Source of the DNA: a virus
Taxonomy: Duplodnaviria; Caudoviricetes
DNA length: 56,829 nucleotides
Strand: one strand, 5' to 3'
IMG/VR virus record: IMGVR_UViG_3300048834_001011
Location: 1-56,829 of that record
Shown: piece after piece, positions 46,474 through 54,881 of the stretch
How positions within the stretch are numbered: the stretch's first letter is position 1
How the letters are laid out: each line of letters opens with the position of its first letter
Translations under genes and position numbers: made by a program
Notes under the pieces: model-generated
Seen by the model: only the letters and a program-made list of their open reading frames with translations
Told to the model about the DNA's origin: nothing
Database searches by the model: none

Positions 46474-48981
46474 ATGAGCGACTTCCAAAAGCAATACGCC
46501 CTGTGGGATGAGTTCCTGAGCGTCTGGCCCGCATCACGGCTGGCTACGATGACTCTGGACGACTACAGCCAGGCGGGGTCGAAGGACAGCTTTACCTACT
46601 GGATCGAATCGCGCCTGGATGAGCTGGGCAGCATTTGGGGAGGCTCGTCGTTCAAGTTCGGCGTGTTCTCGCGCAAAAATCTCGAAGCCCGCGAGAGTGC
46701 GGAAAACCGCAGCTACTCCGATACCCACGGCTGGTACTCCTCACTGGGTGCCACGGCCGAAGAAGCCTTTGAAAAGGTGCGTGGCTACATTGGGCAGGTC
46801 GCTGCGTTGGCCGCAAACGGCGATCTGGACGGCATTGAGGCTTTCGATCACTTGGGCGAAGCCACCAAGTGGAAGATAGCCTTCCACTACCAAAACCGGC
46901 AAGCGCCGGTGATCGTGGACATCTTCAAAAAGGCACCGCTGGCTGTCTTTGTCGGCAGCACGGCCAGCCAGTCGATGGCCGCTTTGCAGAAGGCCGCGTT
47001 GGCCAAGCGGCCCGAGGGGCTGGGTATTCTGGAATTCGGGCGGCAGGTGTGGGAGGCGTGGAGCCAGAAGAATCTGGCGGTCTGGAAGCTCTCGCACGGC
47101 AACCCGCCTAACTTCACCGACACCGAGCGCCAGCAGTATCTGGATGGGCAATGGGCGGTGATGCACCGTGACACCGGGAAGGAGCAAGGCAAGAAATTTG
47201 CCGAGGTACCGGTGGGCGCCTTGTTCTTCCTGTGCCACGGCAACAGCCCGCAGCGCATCGGCCAATTCACGTCGGCGGCCATGCCCTGCGCCAAGGGCGA
47301 TGGCTGGCTGCAGCGCAGCTACCGCGTGCTCAAGCCCGCGCAGCGCACCGACCGCTACACCGCCAACTCTAAAAATTGGTCACCACAAGGCAATTCGACC
47401 TTCTGGCAGGTGGGCGCGCACGATCTGCCGGAATTCGAATCCACCTTGCTCAAGCCGTTTTTTGGCACCGATCTGGCCGAATTGGCAGCGCTGGCCGGTG
47501 AGCCGATTGAGGCGGCCAGCTTGGGCGATGGCGTGGCACCGCCTCCGGTCGCCACACCGGGCACTGGCAACCCGCGCAACGCTACCTGCTTCAACCGCAT
47601 TTACTACGGCCCGCCCGGCACCGGCAAAACCTACACGCTGATGCAACTGCTCAAGCGTGATTACGAGCCGCAGGCCGCGTCCATCTCCACCGAAGAATGG
47701 CGCACGCAGGTCATTGCCGAGAAGGTGGCCGTGCTGAAGTGGTGGGAAGGGGCCGCTGCCGCACTGTATGACCTGGGCGGCAAGGCCAAGGTGGCGGACA
47801 TTGCGGAGCACCGGTTCATTCAGGCCATGACCGCCGCCAACGGCTCGAACCGCAGTGTGCGGCAAACGCTGTGGCGCACCCTGCAGACCCACACGGTCGA
47901 GGAGTCCACCACGGTCAAGCTGAAAAAGCGCCTGAGCCCACCCGTGTTCGACAAGACGGCAGATTCGGTGTGGCAGTTCGCCGGTGATTGGCAGGATGCC
48001 TGCGCAGATTTAATCAGCTTGGTCGATCAGCTCAACGCAGGCCAACAGGACACCGCCACGGTGCAGCGCTACAGCTTTGTGACCTTCCATCAGTCCTATG
48101 GCTACGAGGAATTCGTCGAGGGCTTGCGCCCCGTGCTGAACGGCGACGCCGAAGCGGGCGAAGTGGAATACGAAATTCGCCCCGGCGCGTTCAAGGAGTT
48201 GTGCCGCAAGGCACGGCAGGCGCCCGATCAGCGCTTTGCGATGGTCATCGACGAAATCAACCGGGGCAACATCAGCAAGATTTTTGGTGAGCTGATCACC
48301 TTGATCGAACCGGATAAGCGCGATCCCCTCGATGGCGGCAAGCCGCCCATCGAACTGACGCTGGCCTATTCGGGCGAGAAGTTTTCGGTGCCTGCCAATG
48401 TGGACATCATCGGCACGATGAACACGGCGGATCGTTCACTGGCCTTGCTGGATACGGCGCTGCGCCGCCGCTTCGATTTCGTGCCGCTGTTGCCCGACAC
48501 GCGCGCCGTGAAAGTGCCCGATGAGCCGCACAGCGCACCGCTGGCGGGCTTGGTGGTGAGCACGGACGCAGGCGAGATCGATGTGCGCCGGTTGCTGGAA
48601 CGCATCAACGAACGTATCGAGGCGCTGTACGACCGCGACCATTGCATCGGTCACGCCTACTTCACCCACCTGTGGAGTACGACGGATGGCGCGCAGCGGT
48701 TCGAAGCCCTGGCTGATACCTTCCGCAATCGCGTGTTGCCCCTACTGGAGGAATACTTCTTCGAGGACTGGCGCAAGATTCGACTGGTACTGGGCGACAA
48801 CCAGAAGCCCGATGCCGCCCAGTTCATCACCGAGAGCGATGCCCACGAGCAGGCATTGAATGACCTGTTTGGCGACGACCACGGGCTCGACAGCTACACC
48901 ACCCAGCGCCGCCATCAACTCCAGGCATCGGCATTCGCCAACCCAGCCAGCTACCTCGGCATCTACCAGTCCCTGGCTTGA
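46474..48981 (+). CDS. mcrB: McrB-family GTPase with extended N-terminal domains
   Basis: YGPPGTGKT, FVTFHQSYGYEEFVEG, DEINRGN, GTMNTADRS, LRRRF. Confidence 0.92.
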   Translation: MSDFQKQYALWDEFLSVWPASRLATMTLDDYSQAGSKDSFTYWIESRLDELGSIWGGSSFKFGVFSRKNLEARESAENRSYSDTHGWYSSLGATAEEAFEKVRGYIGQVAALAANGDLDGIEAFDHLGEATKWKIAFHYQNRQAPVIVDIFKKAPLAVFVGSTASQSMAALQKAALAKRPEGLGILEFGRQVWEAWSQKNLAVWKLSHGNPPNFTDTERQQYLDGQWAVMHRDTGKEQGKKFAEVPVGALFFLCHGNSPQRIGQFTSAAMPCAKGDGWLQRSYRVLKPAQRTDRYTANSKNWSPQGNSTFWQVGAHDLPEFESTLLKPFFGTDLAELAALAGEPIEAASLGDGVAPPPVATPGTGNPRNATCFNRIYYGPPGTGKTYTLMQLLKRDYEPQAASISTEEWRTQVIAEKVAVLKWWEGAAAALYDLGGKAKVADIAEHRFIQAMTAANGSNRSVRQTLWRTLQTHTVEESTTVKLKKRLSPPVFDKTADSVWQFAGDWQDACADLISLVDQLNAGQQDTATVQRYSFVTFHQSYGYEEFVEGLRPVLNGDAEAGEVEYEIRPGAFKELCRKARQAPDQRFAMVIDEINRGNISKIFGELITLIEPDKRDPLDGGKPPIELTLAYSGEKFSVPANVDIIGTMNTADRSLALLDTALRRRFDFVPLLPDTRAVKVPDEPHSAPLAGLVVSTDAGEIDVRRLLERINERIEALYDRDHCIGHAYFTHLWSTTDGAQRFEALADTFRNRVLPLLEEYFFEDWRKIRLVLGDNQKPDAAQFITESDAHEQALNDLFGDDHGLDSYTTQRRHQLQASAFANPASYLGIYQSLA

Positions 48982-48990
48982 GGGGGACGA

Positions 48991-50367
48991 ATGGCGCACA
49001 CCCCGATCTACGAATTCGATGCACTGGTGGCTGCCGCCACCGGTGTCACCGATGGCGTGGGGCTGCGCACGGTGCCGCCGCAGGTGTTTGCCTGGCTGGA
49101 AGCGCAGGCGCTGCGCCTGGCCGAGGTGGGTGAAACACCCTGGTTGCGCTTGACTCAGCGGCGTGGGCGACGCGCCGTACAGGTGACCCGTTTCGTCGGA
49201 GTGATACGGACCCCGGATGGCTATCAGATCGAGGTGCTGCCGAAAGTCGGCAAAGCCATTGGTGGGGGCGATGTTGAGGCGCGGCAGTTGCTGATCGAAA
49301 TGCTGCGCTGCCTGGGGGGCTTTCGCCACATCCAGACTGACAGCGCCAAGCTGTTTGCCACCCGCATGCCCTTGCTGGAAGTGTTCATCGCTGAATTCCT
49401 TCGCGCCGTGGAGCATCTCGTCAAACGCGGGCTGCGCAGCGATTACAGGGCGCAGCAAGACAACTTGTTTGCCCTGCGCGGCAAGCTGCAAATGGCGGCA
49501 CACCTGCGGCACAACCTGTGTCGGCGCGACCGTTTCTTTGCCGAGTTCGACGAGTTCTCGCCCAACCGACCGGAGAACCGTTTGCTGCACGCAGCATTGC
49601 GGCGTGTGCTCGCCTGGACGGCCTCGCAGGCCAACCAGCAACTGGCACGCGAGCTGTGCTTCGTGTTTGCCGACGTACCGGCATCGGAACACCCTGCCAC
49701 GGACTTCCAGCGAGTGCGCCTGGATCGGGGCATGGCGCATTACGAGGGGGCGTTGGCGTGGGCACGGCTGATCCTGGAGGATGAATCGCCGCTCACCGGC
49801 GCGGGCGGTCATCATGCGCCGTCCCTGCTGTTTCCGATGGAGGCAGTGTTCGAGGCCTTCGTCGCCAAGCACCTTGCACGGCAACTTGAGCAAGGCTTCG
49901 CGCTGCGCACGCAGGCCCGCAGCCTGTCCTTGGTCAGGCACCTCGAACAGAACTGGTTCCGTCTGAAACCCGATCTGCTGGTGCAGGCGTCGAAGGTCAA
50001 TCGGCTGGTTCTGGACACCAAGTGGAAGCTGATCGATGGCCAGCAGGCCACGGGTTCAGACAAATACGGCCTGGATCAGGGCGACTTCTACCAACTCCAC
50101 GCCTATGGCCAGAACTACCTCGACGGCCAAGGGGACGTGGTGTTGATCTACCCGAAGACGGATGCCTTGAACAAGGCGCTGCCAGTGTTCGAGTTTCCGA
50201 AATCGTCAGGACTGCGGTTGTGGGTGCTGCCGTTCTGCCTGAAGCGGCGTGAGCTCATCCTGCCTGCTTGCGGCAGTCTCGATGGGTGCTTCTCGCGTGG
50301 GCATTCTGCACCGTCAAGCACGGACGCTGCTAGCGATGCCGCTGCTCAAGAAGCGGTCTTGGCATGA
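48991..50367 (+). CDS. mcrC: McrC-family nuclease subunit
   Basis: FVGVI...IEVLPK, PNRPENRL, FPMEAVFE, LKPDL...LDTKWK, DFYQLHAY. Confidence 0.92.
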   Translation: MAHTPIYEFDALVAAATGVTDGVGLRTVPPQVFAWLEAQALRLAEVGETPWLRLTQRRGRRAVQVTRFVGVIRTPDGYQIEVLPKVGKAIGGGDVEARQLLIEMLRCLGGFRHIQTDSAKLFATRMPLLEVFIAEFLRAVEHLVKRGLRSDYRAQQDNLFALRGKLQMAAHLRHNLCRRDRFFAEFDEFSPNRPENRLLHAALRRVLAWTASQANQQLARELCFVFADVPASEHPATDFQRVRLDRGMAHYEGALAWARLILEDESPLTGAGGHHAPSLLFPMEAVFEAFVAKHLARQLEQGFALRTQARSLSLVRHLEQNWFRLKPDLLVQASKVNRLVLDTKWKLIDGQQATGSDKYGLDQGDFYQLHAYGQNYLDGQGDVVLIYPKTDALNKALPVFEFPKSSGLRLWVLPFCLKRRELILPACGSLDGCFSRGHSAPSSTDAASDAAAQEAVLA

Positions 50368-52733
50368 TCGACGCCGATGCATTGGCATCGCTGCGCGCCG
50401 AAAACGCGCGCCTGACCGCACTGCTGGACGCGCACGGCATCGCGTGGCGCTTGCCGCCGCAGGCGCAAACGCCGACGGTTGCGGAGCTCTCTCGGCTGAC
50501 CACCGACGAGAAGGTGGCGCTGTTCCGAACGTTATTTCGCGGTCGCACGGATGTGTATCCGATCCGCTGGGAAGGCAAGACCAGCGGCAAGTCTGGCTAC
50601 GCCCCTGCCTGCGCCAACGAGTGGCGAGCGGGCGTCTGCGAAAAACCGCGCATCAAGTGTGGCGACTGCGCTCACCGCGTCTTGCAGCCGCTGACCGATG
50701 CGGTGATCTACGACCATCTGGCCGGTGAGCACACCATCGGCGTCTATCCGCTGCTGGAAGGCGACACCTGCCATTTCCTGGCAGTCGATTTCGATGAGGC
50801 CGATTGGCGCGAGGATGCAAAGGCCTTCAGCCAGTCTTGCACCGAACTGGGCGTGTCGGCGGCACTGGAGATATCCCGCTCCGGCCAGGGCGCGCACGCC
50901 TGGGTGTTCTTCGCCAGTGCGGTATCGGCGCGCGATGCGCGTCGTCTGGGTACGGCCATCATCAGCCACGCCTGCACGCGCACCCGCCAACTTCAATTGA
51001 CGTCCTACGACCGGCTGTTCCCGAATCAGGACACGATGCCCAAGGGCGGCTTTGGCAATCTGATTGCCTTGCCTTTGCAGAAGCATCCGCGTGAGCGGGG
51101 GTTCAGCGTATTCGTGGATGCCAGTCTGCAGCCGTATCCCGACCAGTGGGCGTTTCTCGCATCCGTTGCGCGGATGCCCGCGCATGACATCGAACCGACC
51201 ATCCTGCGCGCCACGGGCGGCGCGCATCCGCTGGACGTGACCTTCATCGACGACGAGGATCTGGCCACGCCGTGGAAGCGGGAAAGCAAACCAGCCAAGC
51301 TGGCCGGTCTGATGCCCAAATCGCTGACCGTAGTCCTGGCCAATCAGATCTATTTCGAGAAGGCGCAACTGCCGCAGGCGCTGGCCAATCGCCTGATCCG
51401 GCTGGCAGCCTTTCAGAATCCGGAGTTCTATAGGGCGCAGGCGATGCGGATGTCGGTGTGGGACAAGCCGCGCATCATCGGCTGCGCCGAAAATTTTCCG
51501 CAGCACATCGCGCTGCCGCGCGGGTGTTTCGACGCCGCGCGCGACCTGTTGGTGGACAACGGCATTCGCCTCGACCTACGCGACGAGCGCCACGCCGGAA
51601 CACCCATCGCCGTCGGCTTCAGCGGCACGCTGCGCCCAGACCAGGAAGCCGCCGTGGCGGCGATGCTGGATCACGATGCTGGCGTGCTGTGCGCGCCAAC
51701 GGCCTTCGGTAAAACAGTGACGGCCGCAGCAATCATCGCCCGGCGTGGCGTCAACACCGTGGTGCTGGTACACCGAACGGAACTTCTCAAGCAGTGGCAG
51801 GTGCGCATTGCCGCATTCCTGGATGCAGGCAAGGATGTGATCGGCGTCATCGGCGGCGGCAAGAACAAGCCCACCGGCCAGATCGATATCGCGGTGATGC
51901 AATCGCTTTCGCGTCAAGGCGAGGTCGATCCACTGGTGGAAAGCTACGGGCAGGTGATCGTGGACGAATGCCACCATGTCGGTGCAGCGTCCTTCGATGC
52001 CATCCTGCGGCGTGCGAAGGTAAAACACGTGGTCGGCCTGACGGCAACGCCGATTCGTCGCGACGGGCAACAGCCCATCATCTTCATGCAGTGCGGGCCG
52101 ATCCGTCACAAGGCGGCGCAGCCGCTTGACGCGCCGCACGATCTGGCGGTGAAGCCGCAGTTCATCGAGTCTCCGATCGCTCTGCCGTCGGAGGCGGGCA
52201 TTCAGGATGTCTTCCGGCATCTGGCACAAGACGCGGCCCGCACGGCAGCCATCGCCAGCGCGATCACCGACGCCTTCCGGCAAGGCCGTAAGGTGCTCGC
52301 GTTGACCGAACGCACCGAGCACATCGACGCCATTCGCGCCGCGTTGGCGGGTCAGGTGCCGGAACCGTTCGTGTTGCACGGCCGGATGTCAAAAAAGCAG
52401 CGCGCCGCGTTGATCGCCGCACTCGATGCCTTGTCGCCGGACGCGCCGCGCGTGCTGCTGGCCACCGGCAAGCTGGTTGGCGAAGGCTTCGACCATCCAC
52501 CACTGGACACCTTGGTGCTGGCGTTGCCCGTCTCGTGGAAAGGCACGCTGCAGCAATACGCCGGTCGCCTGCACCGGGAACACGCCAGCAAGACCGATGT
52601 GCGCATCCTCGACTTCGTCGACACGGGGCATCCGGCCTTGCTGCGGATGTGGGACAAGCGCCAGCGTGGCTATCGGGCGATGGGGTATCGCCTCGATTCG
52701 GGTGCGCCGTCTGTCGGGCGTTTCGAATGGTGA
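50364..52733 (+). CDS. AEP-type primase-like domain (TOTE-conflict type) fused to an SF2 helicase
   Basis: GVYPLL..DTC.FLAVDFD, EISRSGQGAHAW, GNLIALPLQ; APTAFGKT, DECHH, GLTATP, EGFD, QYAGRLHR; ATGA overlap with mcrC. Confidence 0.85.
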   Translation: MIDADALASLRAENARLTALLDAHGIAWRLPPQAQTPTVAELSRLTTDEKVALFRTLFRGRTDVYPIRWEGKTSGKSGYAPACANEWRAGVCEKPRIKCGDCAHRVLQPLTDAVIYDHLAGEHTIGVYPLLEGDTCHFLAVDFDEADWREDAKAFSQSCTELGVSAALEISRSGQGAHAWVFFASAVSARDARRLGTAIISHACTRTRQLQLTSYDRLFPNQDTMPKGGFGNLIALPLQKHPRERGFSVFVDASLQPYPDQWAFLASVARMPAHDIEPTILRATGGAHPLDVTFIDDEDLATPWKRESKPAKLAGLMPKSLTVVLANQIYFEKAQLPQALANRLIRLAAFQNPEFYRAQAMRMSVWDKPRIIGCAENFPQHIALPRGCFDAARDLLVDNGIRLDLRDERHAGTPIAVGFSGTLRPDQEAAVAAMLDHDAGVLCAPTAFGKTVTAAAIIARRGVNTVVLVHRTELLKQWQVRIAAFLDAGKDVIGVIGGGKNKPTGQIDIAVMQSLSRQGEVDPLVESYGQVIVDECHHVGAASFDAILRRAKVKHVVGLTATPIRRDGQQPIIFMQCGPIRHKAAQPLDAPHDLAVKPQFIESPIALPSEAGIQDVFRHLAQDAARTAAIASAITDAFRQGRKVLALTERTEHIDAIRAALAGQVPEPFVLHGRMSKKQRAALIAALDALSPDAPRVLLATGKLVGEGFDHPPLDTLVLALPVSWKGTLQQYAGRLHREHASKTDVRILDFVDTGHPALLRMWDKRQRGYRAMGYRLDSGAPSVGRFEW

Positions 52734-52765
52734 TGTCGGTTGGGTAGGGCGTCGGAACAGGCGGG

Positions 52766-52795
52766 TAGACAATCTATGCCACTCGGTGGCACAAT
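52766..52795 (+). promoter_or_regulatory. TA promoter with palindromic operator
   Basis: TAGACA-N18-CACAAT enclosing TGCCAC-TCG-GTGGCA. Confidence 0.55.
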
Positions 52796-52802
52796 AGAGC
52801 CG

Positions 52803-53174
52803 ATGACGCGAGTGTTCAAAACTCGCCACTTCCAGCGATGGATGCGCAAGACGGAGCTCACCGATGCCGTCCTGTGCAAGGCCGTTCAGGAGATGGCGGC
52901 CGGCCTGATCGACGCTGACCTCGGCGGCAGCGTGGTGAAGAAACGCGTTGGGCTGGCGGGGCGTGGCAAGCGTGGCGGCGTGCGCACACTGGTCGCCACC
53001 AACAAGGGCAACCGTTGGTTCTTCGTGTTCGGTTTCGAGAAGAACGAACGGGCGAATGTCAGCGACGAGGAACTCGAAGGCTTGCAGACCATCGCCGCCG
53101 ACCTGCTGGCTCGAACAGGCCCGCAACTGGATGAAGCCGTTGCCGACGGCGCTTTGCAGGAGATTTGCCAATGA
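52803..53174 (+). CDS. RelE/HigB-2-like toxin
   Basis: DADLGGSVVKKRV...GRGKRGGVRT...FVFGFEKNERANVS. Confidence 0.88.
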   Translation: MTRVFKTRHFQRWMRKTELTDAVLCKAVQEMAAGLIDADLGGSVVKKRVGLAGRGKRGGVRTLVATNKGNRWFFVFGFEKNERANVSDEELEGLQTIAADLLARTGPQLDEAVADGALQEICQ

Positions 53175-53488
53175 CCACCAAGACCAAGAGCCGCATGCTC
53201 GAAGCCGTCCACGAATCGGCCAGCGATCTGCATCGCCTGGGATTCATCGACAAGCGCAAGATGCAGAAATACGACGCGCTGTGCCTGGAGCCGGTACAGG
53301 ACTACGACGCCGAAAAGGTCAAGGCGCTGCGCGAGCGATTGCACCTGAGCCAGGCTGTGCTGGCCAGCGTGCTGAACACCAGCACGTCCACTGTCCGCAA
53401 GTGGGAGGTGGGCGACAAGCGCCCGAGCGGGCCGTCGCAGAAGCTGCTGGACATCCTCGAGCGCAAGGGACTGGAAGCAGTTCTTTGA
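53171..53488 (+). CDS. XRE-family HTH antitoxin (HigA-2-like)
   Basis: LRERLHLSQAVLASVLNTSTSTVRKWEVGDKRPSGPSQKLL; ATGA overlap. Confidence 0.9.
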   Translation: MTTKTKSRMLEAVHESASDLHRLGFIDKRKMQKYDALCLEPVQDYDAEKVKALRERLHLSQAVLASVLNTSTSTVRKWEVGDKRPSGPSQKLLDILERKGLEAVL

Positions 53489-53538
53489 TCCGCCCATTGC
53501 CGCTCACGCCCGCTGCATTGCTATTCAAGCGACGGAGA

Positions 53539-53568
53539 CGGAATTGAACCGGCGTCCGTCCACCACCA
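53539..53568 (+). other. att-like junction 2 (20-bp core inverted relative to junction 1)
   Basis: Reverse complement CGGACGCCGGTTCAATTCCG matches 33245-33264 at 18/20; followed by TCCACCACCA. Confidence 0.7.
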
Positions 53569-53573
53569 TACAC

Positions 53574-53606
53574 AAGGGCTCGGATAGTCTCCGGGCCCTT
53601 TTTCTT
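53574..53606 (+). terminator. Intrinsic terminator after the junction (copy 2)
   Basis: AAGGGCTCGGA-TAGTC-TCCGGGCCCTTTTT. Confidence 0.7.
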
Positions 53607-53882
53607 GCCTGAAATCCCCGCACCATGCGGGGTTCCGGCCACCTGTGCTGCGGGTGACCATCACCCGAAACTCCCGAAATCGGCCATTTTCTCGGCCAGA
53701 GCCGTCTCTGTTCTCCGTTTGGCCTGCGGGTAGGCGCAGATGGGGCTTTAGCAAAATCAACAACTTACGCGGGCAGGTTCATCGTCAACCAAGGCCACCA
53801 GTCAGGCATCGAACGCTGTGACCACATCCCGCCACGCCTTCAAGTCGGTGGTCAGCGAGTGAATCGGACCCTTGAAGCGAAA

Positions 53883-54257
53883 ATGTCGACGATGACCAAT
53901 AGGAAGAAAATCACCGCCGATCTGCAGTCTGCGCTGTCTGGGCAAAGCCCACTGAGCATCGATCTGTACGTGGAAGTTCTGGCCGACTACGAGGACGAGC
54001 TCAAGGCCTCGCTGGACAAGGACGCCGATGACGCCCTGCTGTGCATGCTGGCGGACGACGGTGACGTGGCGATGATGGTCATCGAATGGGATGGCAGCAT
54101 CTACCGGAATGAATACGCGTTGAAAAAGCTGCAGGCCATGTGGCGGCACAGCTTTGAGATCAATGTGCAGACCCTCGTGCCCATCCTCAGTGACCACATC
54201 AGCCAGAAAAACCTGGGGGTGGCAGGTATCAAGTGGCTGCCCGCATCCAGCGATTGA
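53883..54257 (+). CDS. Acidic hypothetical protein (moron-like insert)
   Basis: Globular-looking ~124 aa ORF, absent from the equivalent position of element 2; start uncertain (53859/53883/53892). Confidence 0.65.
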   Translation: MSTMTNRKKITADLQSALSGQSPLSIDLYVEVLADYEDELKASLDKDADDALLCMLADDGDVAMMVIEWDGSIYRNEYALKKLQAMWRHSFEINVQTLVPILSDHISQKNLGVAGIKWLPASSD

Positions 54258-54283
54258 AGCGGGTTGACGGACTGCGGTCCTGG

Positions 54284-54736
54284 TTACGAATCGAATGCGG
54301 CCACCGCCTCCCGCTGCGCCACCCAGTCCGTCGGCAGCGGATTCCGCTGGAACCACAGCAGGCTCATGCACCGGGGCTGCTGCCCGGCCAGGATGCTCTG
54401 GATGATGGCAGGCTCCAGCAGCGTCAGACGCAGCAGCTCGTTGACCGTCGAATGGTGCATTCCCTCGCGCTGGGCGATTTCGCTGCCGTTGCCGACCACA
54501 CCATCGTCGAGCAGTTGCTGCCAGTAGTAGGCCCGCGTCAGGGCCACCAGCAAGGGCTGGTCGATATGGCTGGCGACCTTGCCCGGCGACTCGACCGCCC
54601 CATCTGGCCGCACCACCACTTTGCTGGCGCCGCGCTTCCTGATCTTCAACGGGATGAAGGTGGACAGTTTCACCTGGCCGCCATCCCGGCGCTCGCGGGC
54701 GATTGCCGCTCCCAATGGCTGCACTTTCGACTTCAT
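54284..54736 (-). CDS. Recombinase-associated HTH protein, paralog of 33521-33976
   Basis: TFIPLKIRKRG...RAYYWQQLLDDG...QPRCMSLLWFQRNPLP; ATG 54736. Confidence 0.85.
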   Translation of the reverse strand: MKSKVQPLGAAIARERRDGGQVKLSTFIPLKIRKRGASKVVVRPDGAVESPGKVASHIDQPLLVALTRAYYWQQLLDDGVVGNGSEIAQREGMHHSTVNELLRLTLLEPAIIQSILAGQQPRCMSLLWFQRNPLPTDWVAQREAVAAFDS

Positions 54737-54881
54737 ACGGTTTCCTCCATCTCCTGCAGTTCTGCGCCGATGGTTCCGGGTAGCAGTTCCCCGGCCAGTT
54801 CCTGCCAGCCCTGATCGCGCCAGATGATCTCTAACCCGCCATCGGCAATCACCACGCGCTCGATCAGCAACTGCGCCAGCC
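54733..54881 (-). pseudogene. 3' fragment of a large serine recombinase
   Basis: RLAQLLIERVV...GLEIIWRDQGWQELA..LLPGTIGAELQE matches the C-terminus of 33973-35307. Confidence 0.88.

Larger units (their letters stand above)
33265..53558. mobile_element. Integrated ~20 kb serine-recombinase element, phage-satellite-like
   Basis: Bounded by two homologous junctions; recombinase at the left end, AlpA plus primase-helicase, cos-like sites, defence cargo, no capsid or tail genes. Confidence 0.75.
53559..54881. mobile_element. Remnant of a third, related serine-recombinase element
   Basis: Same conserved end, HTH paralog and recombinase 3' fragment as element 2. Confidence 0.8.
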
